46,348 nucleotides of DNA from Perkinsus chesapeaki ATCC PRA-425 (lineage: Eukaryota; Protista; Perkinsozoa), in NCBI GenBank assembly GCA_013115145.1, contig JAAPAO010000255.1:1-46348 (forward strand), written 5' to 3'. Within the stretch, counting starts at the first letter, position 1, and each line of letters opens with the position of its first letter. The position numbers and the translations under genes were made by a program. Below are positions 11,140 through 21,544 of the stretch, in pieces. The notes beneath the pieces were generated by a model. The model had not been told where the DNA came from. It was given only the letters and a program-made list of their open reading frames with translations, and made no database searches.

Positions 11140-11400
11140 TCATGGGGAGGCATCACGGGCCTCCTCCAACGGGAGCTTGTTCACATGTTGGCCACAGTTG
11201 GCTTCCAGGGGAGCCTTAATCTCCGGCAAGAGGCCTCCGATAAACTTTGCAGAGACGGAAGGCAGGGGTAGGCTGACACTAGATACCCCTGAGAAGAGCA
11301 TCCATTCACTCTCAGCGAGAGCATAGAAATCATCTACTCTTTCGCCAGTCTGCTGGCGTAGGGCCTCTCAGTACTCGCTGGCCGCTTCACAAGTATCAGG
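11140..11400 (-). mobile_element. Decayed LTR-retrotransposon (Ty3/gypsy-like) gag fragment
   Basis: Minus frame EY*EALRQQTGERVDDFYALAE...AKFIGGLLPEIKAPLEAN...LEEARDASP* matches the gag capsid pattern LxQ...V.D(F/Y)...F..GL, with in-frame stops. Confidence 0.6.
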
Positions 11401-11617
11401 CTTGAGAAATCGTGAGTCTAATTAACCCCATATGGCCTCTGGAGCTGGCGGTTAAGAAGTAATACCGGTGACACCAAACGCATGCTTTATATTAAAAGTA
11501 CTGTACCAAGTCGATCATTCCCGCCGTGGACTAACTACCCACCTCACCCTACCGAAGATTCACGAGGACGTTCCTCCACTACTTTCCGATCTGTATTATT
11601 CTGTGCCAAATCCTACT

Positions 11618-13246
11618 ATGGCCGAGTTTAGTATTGCTGTTACTAAGTGAAGCTCGGACGCAACACTGGTGCCAACTCTGCATTCAAAAGTGTCGCTAAT
11701 AACCTCGTTCTTTGACCAGATGCGTATAGGGCGGCGAAAGCTCACTACGTGAGCTGTGAGCGTTCGCCCCAATGTGACAGATATTCCGACATTTTTCATC
11801 TTGCGAGAAGCCGTTGGCTCTTTTTCGTGTTGGAAAATGACGAAATGTATGAGCCCAGATCGGTGGCACCCCAACGTTGGTCAGGTTCGGTTGGGCAACT
11901 TTGCTCCGCGACCGTTGGACCCCAGCGGTAACGAAATTCAAGATGCTGTTGATGAATGTGTCGATGAGGAGTTGGAAAAAATTAGAGCGAAACGGTTGCA
12001 AGATATGAAACGGACAGCACAAAAGGAAAGACAGGTAGGTTGGGATTGAAAAATGTCATTCGTAAAACGCTTCGCTCCGCTGCATGCTTGTATTACAGTA
12101 CGGTTTAATTAATGTGTAGCTTATGGAGAACGTAAAATTAGATTCCCTCACATTTCAGTCTTGAAAATTCAGAAGATTTTCGAAAATTTACGTATTTTCC
12201 CGGAAATTCTGGTATTTTTCCGGAAATTCTGGTATTTCCCCAACATTCTGGTATTTCCCCAACATACTTTGTTTCCTTTTAGATAGACACCGGAGGCAAA
12301 ATTAAAGATATTGCCCGGCAAGAATTCATGACCGAAGTCAACGAGAGCTCGAAAACTTCGGTTGTTGTCGTGCATTTGGCGAATTTGCACGACCCTATGT
12401 CGAGGCGGTTGGACGAATCTTTGTCGGTTTTGGCAAAGACAAGACGGACGGTGAAATTTGTCCGAGGATTTTATCAAGATTTGATTCTCGGATTTCCGTC
12501 GTTGCAGCTGCCAGCTGTGGTGGTCTATTCTGATGGAAAATGCGTAAAACAATTAATTGGGAAAGATGTATGGACGTCGAGGGTCGTCGAAAGTCCAACG
12601 CTGGTATGGAAAGCGTTAGGAATTAGCAAGCTTGAGCAAGATGACAGTAATGACATCTCATCAGTGTCTTCGGATGAGGGGCAACTGTCTTCGGAAAAAA
12701 AGCGATTTAAGATGAGTGTTAGGAGAGATGTTAATGATGGGATAAATAAAAGTAGGGGGGAAATCGGTATGAATTCACAGTAAAATACTACACTGCGATT
12801 TTCAAAACGTCTGTGGCGCATCACTGGTTCGTCAGAAGTTGCAGTGAATTGGGGAATAGATTGAGTTTCACGGTTATAGAGAGGCGGGCGAGTAGCGGTG
12901 AAATTTTACTCTTTCTTGATCTATTTTTTTGTTTTTGGTTGAGCTGGCCTTGAAGTGCACTGCTCACAGTTTCTGGGGTCCTCCTTTGTATTCCAAATGG
13001 TTTTCCCGTTCGAAGTTCAAGATTGCCGACCGATGTGAGCAAAACGTAGCAAAAAAGTAAAAGTGAAATGTGAAATTTAATTTATCATTTTCCGGGCGCG
13101 CGGTAGAGTTTGTTGGTCATATTTTTCTCTCAGGAATCGATCGACGTGAGAAGTCCTCCAGAAGTGAGGATGACATTTCCGACGACGACGACTCGAATGA
13201 GAAGGAATATTCCAATTTAAATTTGCAGAGGGTTTGGAGAGACTAG
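11618..13246 (+). CDS. Phosducin-like (thioredoxin-fold) protein; start tentative
   Basis: EELEKIRAKRLQDMK..KERQ|IDTGGKIKDIARQEFMTEVNESSKTSVVVVHL...VKFVR...LPAVVVYSDGK (intron 12035-12282). An acidic last exon 13134-13246 is phase-compatible with the donor at ~12762. Confidence 0.75.
12035..12098 (+). mobile_element. Intron element family carrying AACGCTTCGCTCCGCTG, copy 1
   Basis: Aligns from the donor onward with intron 28288-28339. Core at 12066-12082. Confidence 0.7.
12170..12270. repeat. Degenerate tandem repeat (CCGGAAATTCTGGTATTT-like) in phosducin intron
   Basis: About 4 copies of ATTCTGGTATTT with CCGGAA/CCAAC spacers. Confidence 0.75.
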
Positions 13247-13392
13247 TGAATTTTGGGGCGCGCGAGAAAATGTGATTGGCGTTTCCTTGCGAGTGATTAT
13301 TATTAATTATTGCTGTTTCACGTAAAGTGTAGTCGAGTTGGATTTTTTTCTCATTTTTGGTTTTAGTTTTGTGGCGCGCGGTTTTTTTTAGA

Positions 13393-14916
13393 ATGTCGAA
13401 TGTTACCACTTCCTTTGTAAATTCTACTTGTATTCCTGATGATTGGAGAGTCTTTTCTCTCACTTATGTGCCTTATCCAGCACAAGACGGAAAGGTAGGG
13501 AAACTACCAAATCGATCAAGTGGGCGAGCGCTTTTTACAGCGAAACTGGATTTGACCAAGTGCATCAATTTGCTACAGTGTGGGTCGCCAAGCTGCCGTG
13601 GGAAACGCACTCTTCACTGATGATGGGAAAATCCAACGAACAACTTGAAGTGTTAAAATTTTGTATTTACTAACGTATTCAGGCATCCTGGCACTATTGG
13701 CATCCATACTGATTGTTCTTCATATAGCTTTTAAAGAATAGATTGATTGGGATGAGTTGTTTCGTTGAGACTCGGAATTGATAGGTTGTGCGGATTGAGA
13801 TTTATTAAATCGATCGTGTGATCGATTTGTTTTTTCAGTTACTTGGTGCGATTTGGGGCCTATTGACTTTGTCGCCAATATTTGTTGCTTGGTCTGTTTT
13901 GACAATAGCATTAGTTCGTCAATCGGTAAGTTGAAAAATACCCTCGCCAGGGATCGAACCCGGGCATTTATTCCGGAGATTTCGAGCCTGTTGGAATACG
14001 TGCTTCAAGGTTTTCACAGTATCGTTGTCTCTCTGAGCTTGCCCTGCAGAATGACCGCAGTAGATGCTGCCCCCTTAATCCTCTGACCGTGTGAAAATAT
14101 GCCTGGAATTTCTCAGGGAAAATGCGTCCAGCCAAACATACGTGAATATATCTGTTCCATCTCTGGTGGTCTGGTAGCTCTCAGTAGTGGATTTGTCGGA
14201 GGTATTCACCGCAACTGCCTTTCGGAATCGATATAGTAGTAGCTGCGCAGTTTTCGTTTGTGTGCATGTGATGGCCCGTGTTTGATGGCGGTGGCAAGGA
14301 CGGGAAATTTCGGAGACCTGCAATCGATTTTTGCGTGTTCCTGTTCCAACGAAAATGACTCGTTCTCTTGACGAATCAATGAAGAAGAATGTGGAGGTTA
14401 ACTGAGGGAGGATAACACATGTCTTGTTCAGGTTCGCTGGTTTTTGCTTTTAATTGGTTTGATACTGTCAACCACAATAAATGAGATTCTTAAAGCGATA
14501 GTGGCAGAGCCGCGCCCAGAAGGAAGCTTCCGGGGAGGATACGGTATGCCGAGCGACCATTGCCAGTTTTATGGTTTTATTATTGCTTATGGGTAATCGA
14601 AAGGTCTCTGGTTCGAACCCCGGTGGAGGCATTTCTTGACAGGTTCTTGTTTGTTAAGCATCATGTTCAGACGCAACCATCTTGGATAAGATTCATTCCG
14701 CCTGTACTGGCCGTAGTTTTTATCTTTCTGCCTGTTGCGTAAGCATATCTTAAGGTCAAGCGTGCAAGATACGTGATAACTTAGATACTCGAGAGTTCAC
14801 CTTCTAGCACATACATGGGCGCAAGTTCGTGGAGGAGTGCTTGTTGGTCTGACCTTGGGATCAAGTTGGTTCTGGTTTGTTTATCAGACGCTTGAAGGTT
14901 ACGGGCTTTTATGCAG
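13393..14916 (+). CDS. DOLPP1: Dolichyl-pyrophosphate phosphatase (PAP2 family); 3' end unresolved
   Basis: Exons 13393-13494 (FSLTYVPYP), 13839-13925 (LTLSPIFV), 14432-14592 (LKAIVAEPRP..GMPSDHCQF), then AYSRVHLLAHTWAQVRGG. Phases are consistent. Confidence 0.85.
13808..13827. repeat. Palindrome family copy at the 3' end of DOLPP1 intron 13495-13838
   Basis: AATCGATCGTGTGATCGATT followed by TGTTTTTTCAG. Confidence 0.85.
13934..13970 (-). repeat. Antisense tRNA T-arm relic at the 5' end of DOLPP1 intron 13926-14431
   Basis: Reverse complement reads AATGCCCGGGTTCGATCCCTGGCGAGGGTATTTTT, close to the copies at 8098 and 31268. Confidence 0.75.
14593..14642 (+). repeat. 50-bp DOLPP1 intron that is essentially a sense tRNA 3'-half relic
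   Basis: GTAATCGAAAGGTCTCTGGTTCGAACCCCGGTGGAGGCATTTCTTGACAG. Splicing gives IAYG|FLFVKH in frame. Confidence 0.85.
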
Positions 14917-15575
14917 GTAACGGCTATCACCCTCTGGTCACCAAGATGACTTTCCACTGGGACTTTTTCCCGTAAATTTCCCGTTTTTTCTGTACATGTC
15001 TGTCGCTGAAATTTCCGTAAAATCTACAGCTTTTTTGGGGAATTTTTTCCGAAATTTTCTTTGGTGCTATAATCACCAAAGAAGGATTCTTGCCCTGTTC
15101 GGACCTGTTCGGAAATTTCAGTGATTGCTACGAGAATCTTTGCTCTTCTGCATTTTTTTATTTTCCGGAAATTATGACAAACCTCCGCTTCAGTAATGTT
15201 GAATGATGCCGGAAAAGTTCCTACTTTTGGTAATTCTCGGGAAAATTAATTTCTCTACTATTGTCATCAGATTGCAATCCTTTATCGATCTAATGATGAT
15301 GAACAATGTCCAGAAGCATCTTTGGGTCACCAGAATGTACAAGCGCGAGAGAACAAGTGTTCTTCATGGTACACCTACCAGCTCACCGTCCCCAACTGCT
15401 TCGTAACAATGATTTTGGGGCGCGCGGGAGGTATGTTCCTTCAGGTTGCCGGTTGATGGTGAGAAGAGCCGTAAGGTTGACTGAGCGTTTTAACGCGGGT
15501 AAAATCGTTACATTTACAGTGAATTCTTCATGTTGATTTAGTAGTGTTAATCATGCCGGGTTTTCCTTTACTGAT

Positions 15576-16421
15576 ATGCCGATGAGCGGCACGAAGCGTC
15601 CTCGATCGAATGACGATTGCCAAACTCCTCCGCAGACCCGCGCCAGAAAAGATTCCATTCTGGCAGCGGGACTCACTCCAAGGTCGAGCTGTAAGGTGCC
15701 ATTCTTGTCGACGGAAGATATCCTGTCACACGGAGCGGTTGTGAATGTGCAGAGCGTGAATTATCCTGACCTTGCCTGGGGGGTTGATAGGAATAAGAAG
15801 CAACTTAAAATAGTGTCGAGGGTTAAAAGCAAGAGCGTGCTAACTTTGAAGATTGTGAGGAGTTCGTCGAATCCCAGAGCAATTGCCTTCCGTCTGAGAA
15901 CCCAGTCGGATGTCTACGTTGCGGTTCACAAAGCGGAAGGGTATCTTACATTACGACGGCAACCGAACCCAAAGAATCTGACCTCGCAGTGTTGGTTTAT
16001 GGTGATGGCCCGAGCAGCTGGCGACCCTGGATATGTCTTGCAGTCGCTGGGAAGTAGCGGGGAGAGAGAGTTTGTTCGGCACTGTAATTACTGGTTGCAA
16101 TGTGATGCGCCCCCGGAGGTCAGCGCACCGTCGAGGGCGATCTACGAAGGCGACTCTGCATGGTTGTTCGTGAACGCGGAAAAGGCTGTGGATAGACTTG
16201 GTGATTTATGGGTGCACGTGGTGGCGCCGAAACCGTATGAAAGAATCGAGGCGCAAGTTGTTAAGTGTAGATCGGCACTTGGAGAGGATTCTGAGAAGGC
16301 TTGTAGGGAGCTGGAGAAGTTGGTGGACAGGTGTGATGTGGAGAACGAGTCCTATGAAGTTCAAGGTGAGCTAACTTGTGGAGAGGCGCGGCTTGTTCTG
16401 TACAGAACGAGGGCCTGTTGA
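15576..16421 (+). CDS. Intronless protein with AbfB/CBM42-like beta-trefoil domain
   Basis: 281-aa ORF. VQSVNYPD, AFRLRT and FVRHCNYWLQCD...YEGDSAW resemble AbfB repeats (S.N.P..(Y/F).RH.N..L..D....F..DA.F). Basic low-complexity N-terminus and no signal peptide. Confidence 0.55.
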   Translation: MPMSGTKRPRSNDDCQTPPQTRARKDSILAAGLTPRSSCKVPFLSTEDILSHGAVVNVQSVNYPDLAWGVDRNKKQLKIVSRVKSKSVLTLKIVRSSSNPRAIAFRLRTQSDVYVAVHKAEGYLTLRRQPNPKNLTSQCWFMVMARAAGDPGYVLQSLGSSGEREFVRHCNYWLQCDAPPEVSAPSRAIYEGDSAWLFVNAEKAVDRLGDLWVHVVAPKPYERIEAQVVKCRSALGEDSEKACRELEKLVDRCDVENESYEVQGELTCGEARLVLYRTRAC

Positions 16422-16889
16422 CGAACGTCATTTCTTGAGCTCTACCGGGACGCGTTCGCAATGTCTGCTTTCTAGGAACGTACTTTTCTCAGGAGACCTA
16501 TCATTGATAAGGAAAACTTCCATCATCCATTAGTAACACTTTTTGACCCACAAGAAACAGACTTCAGTGGGGTTATATTAACCCCTGTGAAGCCAGCAAG
16601 ACCCTCCTTCCCAGTTACTAGTGCTAAAAACAGATATTTTCGGAGTAACTTAATTTCGATCTCTTGTATGATCTCCGAGACTGTTCATAAATTATGGGTT
16701 TATTTGACATCTACAATAGCTAGTTCAAGACGCACGTGAAGTATATATATTGTATGCTCGCAGGTCGGCGACACGCCTTGTAGGGGAATAAGGTCGCGTA
16801 GTAGTACAACTTCATTTTCACCGTGCTTGAGTATCTCAACCCGAATTTGACGTTGAAATATAGCCGTAACTGAATTACATTGCAATTTA

Positions 16890-17814
16890 CAGGTGCTGGT
16901 GGCATGTCCGGCGTCGCTGGTATTATGTTTAAATCACCATTGTATGATGAGGAGCTAACAGAGGAATTGTTGGAGAGGATCGAAACAGCAGGGCCATTGA
17001 AGAGACGAGGAGGGATAAAGACGTTTAAAAGGATGGATGAGATAAATCCCGAAGCCGTAAGTGATGGGCTGTGCCGAGAATTGAACTCGGGACCTCTCGC
17101 ACCCTAAGCGAGAATCATACCACTAGACCACACAGCCGTTGATTATTTAAGGCTCCCTGTCAGATACCCTTCATCAGGGAAATTGACAAACGTGTAAGAC
17201 AATTACTGGGGGAAAGGAACTCCACCAACATTCGAAGAATGGGCCTTGCAAAAGAAGGGCTTTGGAGACAGAAGCTGAAACTAGGCTTTTTAGAATTCGT
17301 TTACATGCAAGCTGGATCGAAGGGGATGGCACGGTAAGCAACGATATCGGAGGGATGGGCGTTAAACAGCTGATGAAAAAGAAGCGATTAACAGTGTTAT
17401 AGAAAATTGATATAATTCAGAGTGAATTTTAGCTAGCTTTTATAGCTCCCTCGATAACTTACTATCGTATCGAAACGGAGCTGGTGAGCTTGAGGAGTAT
17501 TTACTTCCCTTCAGGCACAGAGATGGCGCAAATGACAGCGACTTTACGGCACTTTTCTGCATCACAGGGAGTGCCGAATGCACTATTGAGAATGAGAAAT
17601 TCGTTCTTAATGAGGGAGACATGTAAGATGATGTGTTTTATGTACCTTCTTTATTTTTTCATTTTAGGTATATTTTCGAACCACACAAGTACTTCCATTC
17701 GGTTGGGCCGCCAATGCACGGTACATGTCCGATAGATGCATGTTGTTGTTGAATGTTGGCTTTTCAGATAGAAGAAGAATTGCTGTTGCATGCCGATACT
17801 TTCTTGAGGAGTAA
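16890..17814 (+). CDS. 2OG-Fe(II) oxygenase-like protein; start approximate
   Basis: Spliced product contains an HxD motif (PFRHRDG..DFTALFCITG), LNEGD, YIFEPHKYFHSVGP (distal His) and a terminal RRRIAVA. Stop at 17812-17814; intron 17057-17151 is in frame. Confidence 0.65.
17066..17137 (-). tRNA. trnP-AGG: tRNA-Pro(AGG), intact, antisense inside a 95-bp intron
   Basis: GGCTGTG TG GTCTAGTGGTATGAT T CTCGC TTAGGGT GCGAG AGGTC CCGAG TTCAATT CTCGG CACAGCC C: acceptor, anticodon and T stems pair perfectly, 72 nt, A and B boxes present. Confidence 0.95.
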
Positions 17815-18889
17815 TTCTCACGCAATGAACTGGAATTATTTTTCCATGGCTGCCTTTGTGTTTTGGTTTGAGAGTTGCATGTCACCAAACCTACGCCGAA
17901 CGCGCCACACGGTAACGCTTTCAATTGCTAGATAAAAGGCTTCCTAGTAGCAGCGAAGATAAAAGTGCATCTTCGTGGTATACAGGAGCATTGTTGCTTG
18001 ATATTCGTTAATAATGATGAATATAAGGCGAGAAGGAAGTCAACAAAGGCTTCCTATTCTCACGTAACTCTCGCGAGGGCGGCAAGCATCTGTGTAGAAC
18101 GCGAGTAGAATGGAGCGGGCAGCGCACGATGAATAACAAGCACAAAACATCGATATCAAAAACTACTTCGTTTTGGTAGTTCTGCGCACTGGACTAGTGG
18201 CTCATATCTCCCAATCGTGCACTCTCTGGAGTGGACGACTGGCGGTGGGGAGCATTACCCGGTAATGATTACCGGTTAATTAGCTCCATCGTTGGATTCA
18301 ATGACAAGGCAGTGCATTGTCCATTCAAGAGTGAGCAAGCTTAAAGCGTCACTTCCCGAATATGGGACATGACGCGCCGCGGATCGCCTGGCGCACAGCT
18401 GTCGCTGGTTCCCATAATCGGAGTCCCATTGTTAAGGGCAGTCCGATTCTAATAAGTAGCAACTGACTGACATAGATAAGCTCACTATCCGTGTTTCTCT
18501 TTTTTTCACAAACTACAGCGTTGTCATGCACACAGTACCGCCGACTTCCTAACCATGTCTGAGGCGTGTCCAGCATCGCACAACGAATTGCACAGTGTGC
18601 GCCGCCTGCAAAACAAGTGATGTTTGTACGGAAATTTAAACATTCCTTCAATTTTCCATCCCATAAAATTCTTCTGGGGGCCCAGAATCATGTCAGTCGC
18701 TATAGATTCACTGCAAATTCGACAGTGTCAAATAGTGCAGGCTGATATCATACGCGCGTGCCACTCTGAGCCACGGGTTGTCGTCACTAGCACGCATGCA
18801 CGAAGCTTTGGGCTCGGAAGTTTCCGGCTGGACTTCCCGACTAGATTAAAATAATACTGCCAAGAGTTGGTAGCTTAGCATTCGTTAGC

Positions 18890-19976
18890 ATGGTGTCACT
18901 CCTTGGCCTACTCACTGCTCTCCCGGTTGTAGCCAGTTGCACTTTCTACAAGGGAATACTTTACCCATGGGTTACAAAGGAAGATCCCATGTGCTTCGAC
19001 GTAGCAAAGGAGTGTCCTCCCCTCAACTACACCTGGGACGAGTATTTCAGCAACCTAACTCATCTTGGTTCAGCGAACTTCGTTCTTGGTGGATACCGAA
19101 TCATTAACAGTAAGATCATGACTCGTTTTCAAGACGATAAGCCATGGGATAAGAAGGCTTTCAAGAAGCTCCGAGTTATGGCTTCTGCAAAGAAAGGTTC
19201 TATTTTGGTCGACCTTGGAGTGTACTTTGAGTATAGTGCTCCCTTTGACGAGACGCTCTTCTTACCGAGTCTGGCTGAATTCCTGAGCAACTATAGTGTC
19301 GACGGCTTCGTGATTAGTTTATCACCCTACAGAGATCAGTTTAGTACTAACTTAGGCAAGGCTCTACATGCTATATCGACCAAAAGCGTAGCCGCGCTTA
19401 GGTAAGCCACTCCAGAAATAGCTACTGTACGTGAAATGGCATTCAGGTTTCAACCGTACAATTGGAAGGAAGTTAAAGAGGCGGGTTTGACAAAGTATAC
19501 AAAAATCAATTTCGTGCCATTGTGGCCAAATGACGATCCTGCTGTTAAGACCTTCAATACAGAAGATTTTGCCGACAAAGTGGTCCAGAATGCTTCTTCG
19601 GCCGGTGTAAGCAAGAGTTCGTTAGTTTTGGAAGTAAGTTGGGAAGTTCTCGAGTTGAATTGGGTATTGAATGCCTGCGCTGGTGCCTCTGTTGGCTGCA
19701 GCAGATTATGATTCGGAGCCGCTTGGATACTCTTGCATGGTATACGACTATCATGCAGATCCATATGGAGATGGTATTGTGGTGGTGGATGCCGAGAAAG
19801 GTTGGCATTACTATTTCATATCTCAAAAGCAAGCAGTTGAACGAGCCAAACTAAGTAAAGCACTTGGTTTACATGGAATTGCATTACAAGAAGATGTCCC
19901 CAATGACTATCGGACGGACATGTACCCGTGGGACGATAGATCCCTTTTTTACGGCTTAGCACATGAGTTTAGATAA
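18890..19976 (+). CDS. Secreted GH18 chitinase-like protein lacking the catalytic DxDxE motif
   Basis: Signal peptide; FLSNYSVDGFVISL at the position of the DGxDxDxE motif; LVLE|VPLL; LGLHGIAL..DD. Intron 19402-19446 is canonical; the second intron 19634-19682 ends in TG. Confidence 0.7.
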
Positions 19977-21544
19977 TCTACAGTTACTGAGTGGCCATTG
20001 TGCAAGCTTTTTCCGCCACTGAATGCAGCACTGTTTGATCCATAGAATCAGCACCTTTGTAGTGCCAGTAGTACGTCTTCAACATTGGAGATATTCTACT
20101 TTATGTTTGGCTGTTAATACATCATGTGAAACACACGCTAACACCACCAACTTGGTTAAGCCGGACGTCTGGCATCCGGCGGGCCTCTATCGCCTGCGCT
20201 CTGAGTCAGAGACCCCGACGTTCGTCACCCAGGAGTGGATGAGAACTGTAATCATAGCCATCCTTACGGCCATCCTTTTGATCATACCGATAACGTTAAA
20301 AAGCCATGCGATCGTACGGCTCTGGCCAGCGGCAACCTACTACACCGTTATGATCGCGTCGTGCTTGTGACCTCTTACTCGCTCATTGGATGAATGCCAA
20401 ACTCCAGGACCTACATGCTTATAACCGCCGGTTTAAGTTGGAGAGTGCCACAGCACGGGATCGGGTGGACATTACTACTTCGTGGTTCACACTGAGGAAG
20501 CGTTTGCTCATCCAGAGAGGGTTTTGACGGAGTCCCATCGGCCGCCACACGGTATCTCAGCTCGAAAAAGAGGACACGATATACGATTATACGAGGCAAT
20601 ATCGATGGCAGTGCCCGCCCTGCAGCGTGGCTTCGTCGGCGCGTTCGGCTGCAAGAAGCGGAAACTCTTCTCCAGATGTTGTCTGAGGCAGTTTTAGAAG
20701 CCAACCGCCGGGAATACCAGTCGAGAGGACTATCACCATCTCAGCCAAATCGACTTGGCATTCCGAAGAGTATTTCCATTAGCAGATGTATTCCTTTGTG
20801 TATCCTTTAGCCTTGTTATGAGGCAATGTATAAGAAGACTTAAACACATAACATTTTCCTCAGGTACTTGCTCTAAGCAGTATATCGTCAAGAATATACG
20901 ATTGGATATTATTAAGAAACCTGTGTGGTATTATTTCCTTATAGCCCACCTTGAGCATAAGTATTTTTTACGCACCCTGTATCGATAATGGGCTCGCCCA
21001 TCGCAAGCCCATATGCATAGCCATTTGGTTTGAAGCTGTGCCGTCAAGCCAGTCCATAGGGCTTGATGGGCTTGACTTTAATAAAAAATTGTACTTTGAA
21101 TTCTTCTCTTTCCCGACTTATCAAGCTGCTGAGAATATCAGCCACATTCCCCTCCTATAATAGTATCATTTTTGTAGCACAACAATGCAATCGTGCCTTT
21201 CTGGCAAAGTGGTGATAGTAGACTTAGCGGTTCACACTACACCTTACTACTAGATATTGAAATGGTGTAAACCTCATTCAGTCAAATTGACTTAGGGAAT
21301 CAGTAGTAGTGATTCACTACCACTGGTGCCATCATAGTGCATGATAACACATGTTGCATGTTGCCTTATCTACTGCGCAGGCTCCCCTCGGCAATTAGCT
21401 GATCCTTAATTATGGCTCACATCAGGACGAGGTTTCTTTATCAGTAAGAGCCCAGGAATTTATGAGACTAACTCGGAAGCTACTTCAAGGTGAAAAAACC
21501 TACCCCTTGATAATGTTAGAAATGATGCATCACTACAGCAGCAC

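Noticed and set aside
16880-17107. ORF tail GLCRELNSGPLAP as protein
   Set aside because: It is the translation of the antisense tRNA-Pro within the intron.
18013-18100. ATGATGA as a snoRNA C box
   Set aside because: No D box (CTGA) or terminal stem within the expected distance.
21017-21035. TAGCCATTTGGTTTGAAG resembles the dinoflagellate/Perkinsus spliced leader
   Set aside because: Several mismatches plus an indel, and no associated downstream gene on that strand. Compatible with chance.
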